Shown: positions 6,629-13,476 of the stretch, piece after piece
How positions within the stretch are numbered: position 1 is the stretch's first letter
Layout of the letters: the number at the start of each line of letters is the position of its first letter
Origin: a virus
DNA length: 15,517 nt
Strand: one strand, 5' to 3'
Virus record (IMG/VR): IMGVR_UViG_3300032038_001095
The notes under the pieces: model-generated
Databases searched by the model: none
Seen by the model: the letters and a program-made list of their open reading frames with translations, nothing else
What the model was told of the DNA's origin: nothing
Translations under genes and position numbers: made by a program

Positions 6629-6701
6629 TGAGAGACACGGGATTCGAACCCGCAAAAACTAGTTTCTAAAACTAGAATGTATGCCGTTCCATCAATCTCT
6701 C
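6629..6701 (-). tRNA. class-I tRNA with anticodon UAG (reads CUA; Leu by codon table), A73
   Basis: acceptor GAGAGAT/GTCTCTC, anticodon arm CTAGT-TTTAGAA-ACTAG, 5-nt variable loop, T-arm GCGGG-TTCGAAT-CCCGT; standard 73-nt numbering fits. Confidence 0.8.
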
Positions 6702-6742
6702 TCGGAATATTTTCCAATTCCTTTTCTTAACTTTCTATAAAT

Positions 6743-6771
6743 ATTATATAATATTTTTTAGAAAATTTCAA
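6743..6771 (-). promoter_or_regulatory. sigma70-type promoter TTGAAA-N17-TATAAT directly upstream of the UAG-anticodon tRNA
   Basis: rc reads TTGAAAttttctaaaaaatattaTATAAT; -10 is about 42 nt upstream of tRNA 5' end. Confidence 0.55.
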
Positions 6772-7169
6772 ATAAAAACATTTGAAACGACTATATTAAG
6801 GTTATCGGTTTATATTAATTATTGTAAGTATCTTGAATGGGCAGAGTGGGTGCCGACCCCACTACGCTAAAGAGCAACGGTTTTACAGACCGCCGAGTTT
6901 GCCGATTCTCTGTACCTACCCATGTGGGGTAGTTGAGCTCCCGCTCTAAAGACTAGCCACCCTGCGCCTAGATCTTTTTCCCTGCACCACTCGATGGGAA
7001 AAAATCCAAAAAACTCATGAGGATCACGTTTAGCTACATAGTCACGTCTGACATTTTTCACTATACTAATGACCTTGTACTTCGATCTCCCGTTACTATA
7101 ATCCAACCAGAACGGTGAAGAGGGTGTTCTTAGGTACCGCTAAGGAGCTACCTTAGACGGAGAACACAG

Positions 7170-7242
7170 TAGCGGAACTAGGATTCGAACCTAGGATTAC
7201 TAGCTTATGAGGCTAGTGTCTTAACCACTTGACGATTCCGCT
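7170..7242 (-). tRNA. tRNA-Met elongator type (anticodon CAU; Ile-lysidine type not excluded)
   Basis: perfect acceptor AGCGGAA/TTCCGCT with A1-U72, D-arm GTCAAGTGGTTAAGAC, anticodon arm CTAGC-CTCATAA-GCTAG, T-arm CTAGG-TTCGAAT-CCTAG. Confidence 0.85.
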
Positions 7243-7543
7243 TCATTGTCGGTCTTCCACCGACAGTTTTTAGAAGTTACTTTCTTCATCGGTATAGATT
7301 TTACTTCCCTATACTGAAGTTTACCGAGTGTGCAGTTGATCCTAATCCTCCTTTAGGCTTTGAATCCTACGGTATACTCGTTTCGGATCTTAATCACACG
7401 CATCTCCTGTGAATTGCATAGACTTTATTGATTTATCACCGTATATTACGGCGCTGTGTTCTCCCCACAGATGTTCCACATACAGAGCTTTATTTTCTTA
7501 TCGGCTTTTAATACTTGCCTATCGGTATTTGTTTTATATAATT

Positions 7544-7572
7544 ATTATATAATAATTTTTTTAAAAAATCAA
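7544..7572 (-). promoter_or_regulatory. sigma70-type promoter TTGATT-N17-TATAAT facing the tRNA-Met region
   Basis: rc reads TTGATTttttaaaaaaattattaTATAAT; overlaps stop codon of 7573-8121. Confidence 0.55.
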
Positions 7573-8121
7573 TTACGGCCACTCTCCAAGTGGTTTACCA
7601 AGTGCTCCATGCTCAATATCTGTATTAAAATAAACAGGAGCATTATAAAATTCTTTATATTCTTCAAAAACATCATTTGCAATTGTTTCATAAAGAGTAC
7701 TTACAATACCATGACAATCATTTAAATTATCATTAAAAAACTGAACTACATAATTCTTAAATACAACATAAGTTGCAGGAATCCAATATGTATCATCTCC
7801 TGGAGTAACTGCATAAGCAAAAGCAGGATTTCCCTCAAATGCAACTTCAAAAAGTTCTTTTGCAGAAGTAAAAGTACGATTTGAAGGAACACCATCAATA
7901 GAAATATTAAGTACAATATTTCCAAAAACTTTTTCTGTTGGAAGTAATTCCATTAAAGCAGCTGTTTTATCTCCATTTCCACAAGCAAGTACAACAGAAG
8001 GTCCATCACTAGTATTGTAATTTACATTAAATGCAATAAGCGGATCGCCATCAAAAAGAGCCTACAATTCATTTACATATGTAATCCACGGGGGTGAAAG
8101 TTTAAGTCTTACATCACTCAT
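7573..8121 (-). CDS. hypothetical protein (182 aa) with one in-frame TAG (codon 20, 8062-8064)
   Basis: AAAGGAG RBS 9 nt before ATG 8121; frame continues through TAG into the 126-aa standard-code ORF 7573-7953; TAA stop. Confidence 0.7.
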
Positions 8122-8324
8122 TTTTTATTTCTCCTTTTTAAAAATAAACTAGGATACGTCTGCAGCCGCCTAGACTCTTTTTCGCCGAGCAAGCGAGAAA
8201 GTTTTTAGCCACAATCTCTATCGCCGCGTGCTTACCATGTCGCCGGTTAAGTTCTACGTCTTAAAACGTTTAGTTTTATTTAAATTGATAGACTAAATAA
8301 CTATCAGTGGCTTCGTCAGCCAAA

Positions 8325-8397
8325 AGCACCATGTGGGAATCGAACCCACCCCAGAAGATTGGAAATCTACTATACTAATCCAATATACGAATGGTGC
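8325..8397 (-). tRNA. tRNA-Gly (anticodon UCC)
   Basis: perfect acceptor GCACCAT/ATGGTGC, anticodon arm GTAGA-TTTCCAA-TCTTC (one U-U mispair), T-arm GTGGG-TTCGATT-CCCAC; D-loop 9 nt. Confidence 0.75.
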
Positions 8398-8596
8398 ATA
8401 ATTCGGGATAATGGCCATCTTTCCCTATACTTTCAACACTTTGAATAACTACGGCGGAGAAACCTATTAACCCATCCGCGCATATACGACATCTTTAGTT
8501 TTATGGTAAAACTACTGAGGAGTATATGAGGCAATCTGAAAACCTTTACTTTTATTAAGGAATAAAGTAAATAAGACCTTTATATTTTATAGTAAT

Positions 8597-8625
8597 ATTA
8601 TATCAAAAATTTTTTAAAAGATCAA
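8597..8625 (-). promoter_or_regulatory. sigma70-type promoter TTGATC-N17(TG)-TATAAT facing tRNA-Gly
   Basis: rc reads TTGATCttttaaaaaatttttgaTATAAT. Confidence 0.55.
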
Positions 8626-8638
8626 ACAGGTTTTGTCC

Positions 8639-8935
8639 TTATTTACTATGATAACATTTTTTCCAAAATTTATAAAGCTCTTTAAGAGTTGGATAATGTT
8701 CTCGTAAATAAGTATTTTTTAATCCATTTTCCCATTCTTTTTTTACTTCAGGCCATGACCATCTTGATATATAATCATGAATATTCCAAGAGTTATATAG
8801 TTTTTTATAATTTTTGCCATTTGCAAGATTATTTTTATATTTTCTAACTATTTTATTAGCCCTTCGTTTCCATGGTTTTCTTCCTGCTTTTCCTCCATCT
8901 GTACAATAAGGATGTTTTTTAAAAGAACGACTCAT
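8639..8935 (-). CDS. hypothetical basic protein (98 aa)
   Basis: ORF, RBS AAAGGAAGG before ATG 8935, TAA stop. Confidence 0.65.
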   Translation of the reverse strand: MSRSFKKHPYCTDGGKAGRKPWKRRANKIVRKYKNNLANGKNYKKLYNSWNIHDYISRWSWPEVKKEWENGLKNTYLREHYPTLKELYKFWKKCYHSK

Positions 8936-8963
8936 ATATTTTTCCTTCCTTTTTTTATATAAA

Positions 8964-8992
8964 TATTATATAAAAAATTTTTAAAAAAGTAA
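8964..8992 (-). promoter_or_regulatory. weaker promoter (TATAAT -10, TTACTT -35)
   Basis: rc reads ttacttttttaaaaattttttaTATAAT upstream of 8639-8935. Confidence 0.4.
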
Positions 8993-8996
8993 AATA

Positions 8997-9422
8997 TTAC
9001 TATATTCGATACGTATTAATATATGCTAATCCCCAAGAGGGTATCTAAGAATGGTTATTGACATATATATCTATACATCCTTCTTCTACTCCGCGGTCTT
9101 CGCATGTATAATACCCTAAACCCTCAACATAAAGTACTGTTCCATATGGTATATCTTCTCCACATGCACATGTATGATTAGCTTGCGGCCACGCCCCTGA
9201 TGCAGTTGGAGATCCAGCCCATTCTCCACAACAACAAGAGCCGCCGCAATAAAAGGTAACTCTATATTCTCCTAAATAAATTCTTGTCTATTGATAATTA
9301 AATTTCTACTAAATTAATTGCTATTTGAACTAAAGTGTTTTATCACTGATAGCAAATATATTTGAACATGTTAAAAATATCAGTAGAATCATACTACTGA
9401 TTAATTTTATTATTTTTTTCAT
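8997..9422 (-). CDS. secreted 3D-domain protein (MltA-C/YocH-like cell-wall binding/lytic fold), 141 aa, 7 in-frame TAG codons
   Basis: AAGGAGG 6 nt before ATG 9422; N-terminal signal peptide MKKIIKLISSMILLIFLTCSNIFA; motif VTFYCGGSCCCG...TASG...PYGTVLYVEGLGYYTCEDRG...IDIY; readable only if TAG is sense; TAA stop. Confidence 0.75.
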
Positions 9423-9440
9423 TTATTTCCTCCTTAAAAA

Positions 9441-9514
9441 TAGGGACGAGGGGACTTGAACCCCCAGCCTTTGGTTTATAAGACCACTGCGCTAACCGAT
9501 TGCGCCACGCCCCA
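9441..9514 (-). tRNA. tRNA-Ile (anticodon UAU) with U1-U72 mispair
   Basis: acceptor TGGGGCG/CGTCCCT (6 bp + U-U at 1:72), D GCGC-AATCGGTTA-GCGC, anticodon arm GTGGT-CTTATAA-ACCAA, T-arm GGGGG-TTCAAGT-CCCCT; ends 6 nt before RBS of 3D gene. Confidence 0.75.
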
Positions 9515-9518
9515 GTAT

Positions 9519-9806
9519 TTAACATATAAAATATTTTCGTTTAATAGCTTCCTTATTTATAAAAAGGGTAAATCTGTGGCAATCCGCATAAGATTGCCAC
9601 TCCCATGTAAGGACTCTTTGATTTAAAAATTTAAAATTTATTGCATGGAACTGATTTTTCAAAAGAAGAACATAATCTGTCAAAGATATATTTAACATTC
9701 TTGCGGGATGCCACCAATATGCACTACCGTGCGCTAAATCACTAACATCATTGGTGTACCATTTTCCATTCATTTCCCATTCAGTAAATTTTAAAATATG
9801 CGACAT
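9519..9806 (-). CDS. hypothetical protein (95 aa)
   Basis: ORF, RBS AAAGGAAAA before ATG 9806, TAA stop 4 nt before tRNA-Ile. Confidence 0.6.
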   Translation of the reverse strand: MSHILKFTEWEMNGKWYTNDVSDLAHGSAYWWHPARMLNISLTDYVLLLKNQFHAINFKFLNQRVLTWEWQSYADCHRFTLFINKEAIKRKYFIC

Positions 9807-9817
9807 ATTTTTTCCTT

Positions 9818-10129
9818 TTATAGTCCAAGAGAAGCTAAAAGTTTAGATACGTTATCTTTTTCTTCTTGTGTTGGTTCTAATTCTTCTGTTGCGGGAGTTG
9901 ATACAACATTTGAAATTGGATCATTACTAAAAGCACTAAGTGGTGTAGTGCCGCCTTCACCAAGATTATTTTTTGCAGCCGTTAGAGTAACTTTTATTTC
10001 TACTCTAGTCCCATTTTCATCAAGCGGAATCCGCAATATCTTGTTCTCATCTTCCCAGAAGCTACCAGGGTAAATCTCCATCATTTTTTTAAAAATTAGA
10101 TTTTTAGATTCTGTTCCTTTTGCTGCCAT
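9818..10129 (-). CDS. hypothetical protein (103 aa)
   Basis: ORF; start ATG overlaps upstream stop (TAATG). Confidence 0.6.
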   Translation of the reverse strand: MAAKGTESKNLIFKKMMEIYPGSFWEDENKILRIPLDENGTRVEIKVTLTAAKNNLGEGGTTPLSAFSNDPISNVVSTPATEELEPTQEEKDNVSKLLASLGL

Positions 10130-10344
10130 TATTCATTTACCTCGATATATTCTCTCCAATGTTCTGCAAAATAACTTTTAGTTCGGGTTCTGTCTGATGG
10201 TTCGCCTGTAAAAGGATTGATACTAAAAGTATATCCATGTTTACAAAAGCCCTTTTTTCCAGCTTTCTTCATATTCTGCTTAGCGATAGCTCTTTTCTGT
10301 TCTCTTGTTACAATATAATTTTTTGGAACATTCACTTTTGTCAT
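10129..10344 (-). CDS. hypothetical basic protein (71 aa)
   Basis: ORF; TAGGAG RBS; ATG overlaps TGA of upstream gene (ATGA). Confidence 0.6.
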   Translation of the reverse strand: MTKVNVPKNYIVTREQKRAIAKQNMKKAGKKGFCKHGYTFSINPFTGEPSDRTRTKSYFAEHWREYIEVNE

Positions 10345-11159
10345 TTATTTTTCTCCTAAAATGATATTACTATATTTTGATTTTTTAAAGCATAATGTAA
10401 ATCAATAATACGATCACAAATTTGACAAGCGCCATTAGCATTCTTCATACAACGTTTATCACAACTTACTCTTGATTCTCCAAAACGAGGTATAATATAT
10501 TTATTATCTTCTTCTCCTTCATAACCTACAATTAAATCTTTTAATTTTCCATACCATTGTCTATCTTTAGCATAGACTTGATACAAAGTATTTAATCTTA
10601 CAGGATCATCTATATTGGCATAAAATTCAAAAGTATCAATATAATTTTCATAAACTTCTAAGTCTTCAGGTCTAATAAAAAAAGTTTTTATTGAAGGAGT
10701 TTTTTCCCAAGAAGATTCACATACATTACAATAACTGCGTAAAGATTTATTATTTTTTTTAGCATTAAAACTAAGAATTTTAGCATTAAATGCTAAATCT
10801 TCTCCAATAAAGATGTCTGTTACATTTAATTTTAAAAAACCTTGAAATTTATCCCAGGTGGTAATAATTTCATTATAATAATATGGAAAATTATGTTTAT
10901 TTAAATAATTATCTAATTCATTATTAAAAAATGGCATACAGATAAATAATTTACAATTTGGATACTTTTCTTTTAAAGCATCTAAAATTTCAAAATCATT
11001 ATCTATTATGTTATTTTTAAAAATTAAATTAATTCGATGTGACCCATATTTTTCAATAAAATTATCTAGTTCTTTAATTTTTGGTTTATAGTTAATATTT
11101 AATTGAATATCCTAATTTAAATAATTAAATTTTCTAAAAAATGGAATAGCAAATCCCAT
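10341..11159 (-). CDS. hypothetical Cys-rich protein (272 aa) with two in-frame TAG codons (11112-11114 and 10356-10358)
   Basis: AAAGGAGAAA RBS before ATG 11159; frame reads through TAG at codon 16 into ORF 10356-10937 and through its TAG terminus to TGA at 10341 that overlaps the next ATG; C-terminal CX3CX7CX2C cluster. Confidence 0.65.
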
Positions 11160-11190
11160 ATATTTTTCTCCTTTGTATTTTTATAAAATA

Positions 11191-11219
11191 ATTATATCAA
11201 AATTTTTATAAAAATACAA
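11191..11219 (-). promoter_or_regulatory. sigma70-type promoter TTGTAT-N17(TG)-TATAAT
   Basis: rc reads TTGTATttttataaaaattttgaTATAAT. Confidence 0.55.
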
Positions 11220-11225
11220 TTTATT

Positions 11226-11420
11226 TTATTCAAAATTTCGTATATCATTTTCCCATTTTCGCTGTTTTTCTTTTCTTAAATCTTTACGTCTCGGCATAGC
11301 ATTCTTTTTAGCATGATAATCTTTACAAAATTGACATGTTTTTTTAAAAGTACCTTCATGCCCTTTTAAACAATTGCCTTCATTTAAATAATAAACACAA
11401 ACCCTTTCTCTATCTTTCAT
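11226..11420 (-). CDS. small Cys-rich basic protein (64 aa)
   Basis: ORF, AGGAGAAATA RBS, TAA stop. Confidence 0.6.
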   Translation of the reverse strand: MKDRERVCVYYLNEGNCLKGHEGTFKKTCQFCKDYHAKKNAMPRRKDLRKEKQRKWENDIRNFE

Positions 11421-11429
11421 TATTTCTCC

Positions 11430-12122
11430 TTATTCATAAAATCCACTATAATCAATTAAAACAGGACGATTCTTTATATAACCAATATTTTCATTTCTTA
11501 AATCATCATCCCATCCTAAAAGAGATATAAAATCAATAAAACTAAGTAATTGTTCTTCTCCATAGTATAAACGAAAATCTGTTAACCAGTCTTGATTTAT
11601 ACCATAATATTTACAACAATTAAGAGTTTTTATTTTTTCTTCTTTGTTATGTTTATGATTTGTATCACTAAAAGTAGTGCATCTTTCTTGAACATAAATA
11701 GGATAATTATTTATAAATCCTAATAATTCAGTTTTTGCAAAATATTCTGCAAAGCCTTCTGCTAAAGCTGTATTATATCGTTCTACTTCACAAGCACAAT
11801 AGTCCCAAATACGTTCTTTGTTTTCCGCTGCACAATACTCCCAATAATCTACTCTTTCTGGATAATAATTAGAATAACTATCGTAATATTCATATTCATG
11901 GTTATAAGAACCTGTATATGGAATTTTAATTACATAATCTTTTTCTTTATTTAATGGAATGAGTGCGAGCTTGGTGGCCCCATAAGCATAATAATAAAGA
12001 TTAAAAAAATCATTGCCCATATAATTGAAAAATTCATTATTTTTACCCTCATGAAATTCCATTCCATCATAAAAAGGGACTACAGATAACATTTTTAAAA
12101 GTTCTTGTCTATCATATGTCAT
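11430..12122 (-). CDS. hypothetical Tyr/Glu-rich protein (230 aa)
   Basis: ORF with RBS and family promoter upstream, TAA stop. Confidence 0.7.
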   Translation of the reverse strand: MTYDRQELLKMLSVVPFYDGMEFHEGKNNEFFNYMGNDFFNLYYYAYGATKLALIPLNKEKDYVIKIPYTGSYNHEYEYYDSYSNYYPERVDYWEYCAAENKERIWDYCACEVERYNTALAEGFAEYFAKTELLGFINNYPIYVQERCTTFSDTNHKHNKEEKIKTLNCCKYYGINQDWLTDFRLYYGEEQLLSFIDFISLLGWDDDLRNENIGYIKNRPVLIDYSGFYE

Positions 12123-12157
12123 TTAAAATACCTTCTTTGTATTTTTTATATAACATA

Positions 12158-12186
12158 ATTATATCATATATTTTTTAAAAAATCAA
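12158..12186 (-). promoter_or_regulatory. sigma70-type promoter TTGATT-N17(TG)-TATAAT
   Basis: rc reads TTGATTttttaaaaaatatatgaTATAAT. Confidence 0.6.
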
Positions 12187-12213
12187 AAAAGGAAGCTTTT
12201 ACGCTTCCTTTTT
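12185..12213 (-). terminator. rho-independent terminator (hairpin + T-run), symmetric
   Basis: AAAAAAGGAAGC ttttac GCTTCCTTTTT; on minus strand followed by TTTTTTGATTTTTT; overlaps -35 of next promoter. Confidence 0.6.
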
Positions 12214-13098
12214 AATAATACAACGGGAAAGTTTTGTCTGCTTGATTCCTTTATATTCTGAATGTTCTTTTACCGTTCCCGTAAGAAGAATTTCTTCTCC
12301 TTCTTCAATATCTTTACAAGAGGAAGTAATCCATACAAGAACATTTTCTCCATATGTAAAAGTATAAATAAATGATGTGCCATAAAAACTATCAAAACTG
12401 CGGACTGCGGTTAATGTAACCTTAAGATCGCGGAGTCTCTCTTTTATCTCCCCGACATATTCAGAATGAGATTCAGGTTCAAGTGTTGCTTTAGCAGCGT
12501 CCGCAATCTCTTTAGCATTATCTTTAAGTTCAAACCTTTCAGAAAGCGGATACCAAACATATACATCATAAAAATTAATACTTGCCATACCATAACCAAT
12601 AGGAACATCAATTGGATGGTTACTATACCAGCCAAATGCAGGATTAAATTTACATCCCATTTCTTTAAGCTGGTCTTTAATTTCATAGGTACTGCCGCCG
12701 CCAACTAACCAGATAAGAGGATTTTCTACATTATATCCCCACTTAGCAAGAAGTGCTTCCTGGTTTTCTTTACTTTTGTTAAGTTTTTCCTGTCTTTCAA
12801 GTTCAGCTTTTTCAGCTTTCCTTTCTTTTGCTCGTTCCTGAGAAGCAAGATATTTATTCATTTCTTCTTCAGTATAAGCTTTTACCCATTTATGGATTTT
12901 TCCGTCTCCGTGACATTTATAACAAATGCCACCATCAACAGGAATAGGAATAATATGACCATTTTCTACTCTTGCTGCGATAAGACCGGAACCGCCGCAA
13001 CGATCACACTGTTCTTCAATATAAGCCTTTTTTGTATCTTCATTAACAGAGAGGATCTTTGCGTTTTTATAAGAGGGAGCAACTTTCCAATTCATCAT
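12199..13098 (-). CDS. hypothetical protein (299 aa) with N-terminal zinc ribbon (CDRC...CYKCHGDG)
   Basis: ORF, RBS AGGAAG before ATGATG, TAA stop. Confidence 0.7.
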   Translation of the reverse strand: MMNWKVAPSYKNAKILSVNEDTKKAYIEEQCDRCGGSGLIAARVENGHIIPIPVDGGICYKCHGDGKIHKWVKAYTEEEMNKYLASQERAKERKAEKAELERQEKLNKSKENQEALLAKWGYNVENPLIWLVGGGSTYEIKDQLKEMGCKFNPAFGWYSNHPIDVPIGYGMASINFYDVYVWYPLSERFELKDNAKEIADAAKATLEPESHSEYVGEIKERLRDLKVTLTAVRSFDSFYGTSFIYTFTYGENVLVWITSSCKDIEEGEEILLTGTVKEHSEYKGIKQTKLSRCIIKKEA

Positions 13099-13131
13099 AG
13101 GTCATACTTCCTTTCTTCTTTTGATAAATAA

Positions 13132-13160
13132 ATTATATCAAAATTTTTTTAAAAAATAAA
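13132..13160 (-). promoter_or_regulatory. promoter with extended -10 (TGaTATAAT), weak -35 TTTATT
   Basis: rc reads tttattttttaaaaaaattttgaTATAAT. Confidence 0.5.
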
Positions 13161-13161
13161 A

Positions 13162-13395
13162 TTAAATTGCTCTTCTTACTTTCCTTGCAATATATTCACA
13201 CTCGTCTTCTGTTATATTAATAATATTATGATTCTTAAAGACTGTAGTTTGAATGGTATCGTTATTAATATCATAACCTTCTTTTGCCATTTTAATAAAA
13301 TCTTTAATAGCAGCCTCAATATGAGTTTGTCTGGTACTAGTTACAGATTCTATACCTTCGGCTTCCGCAATATAAAGAAAATAATCTAATCTCAT
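13162..13395 (-). CDS. hypothetical protein (77 aa)
   Basis: ORF, AAAAGGAG RBS, TAA stop. Confidence 0.6.
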   Translation of the reverse strand: MRLDYFLYIAEAEGIESVTSTRQTHIEAAIKDFIKMAKEGYDINNDTIQTTVFKNHNIINITEDECEYIARKVRRAI

Positions 13396-13425
13396 ATTTT
13401 AATCTCCTTTTTATTTTATAAATAT

Positions 13426-13454
13426 ATTATAATAAAAAAAATATAAAAAAGCAA
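13426..13454 (-). promoter_or_regulatory. promoter TTGCTT-N17-TATAAT overlapping terminator stem
   Basis: rc reads TTGCTTttttatattttttttatTATAAT. Confidence 0.45.
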
Positions 13455-13474
13455 GAGAGAATAATCTCTCCTGC
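13445..13474 (-). terminator. rho-independent terminator after the Thg1-like gene
   Basis: GCAGGAGAGATTATTCTCTCTTGC hairpin on minus strand followed by TTTTTTATATTTTTTTT. Confidence 0.6.
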
Positions 13475-13476
13475 TT

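Noticed and set aside
6867-7106. Minus ORF of 79 aa in a GC-rich island
   Set aside because: Starts with TTG, no SD; frame stays open upstream into tRNA-Met, consistent with stop-poor GC-rich sequence rather than coding
7456-7725. Plus ORF of 89 aa
   Set aside because: Antisense to gene 7573-8121 and its promoter; AT-rich low-complexity translation
9798-10073. Plus ORF of 91 aa
   Set aside because: Antisense to 9818-10129, which has proper start coupling
12444-13131. ORFs 12444-12704 (minus), 12466-12708 (plus), 12892-13131 (plus)
   Set aside because: All nested in or antisense to the 299-aa gene 12199-13098, which has promoter, RBS and terminator
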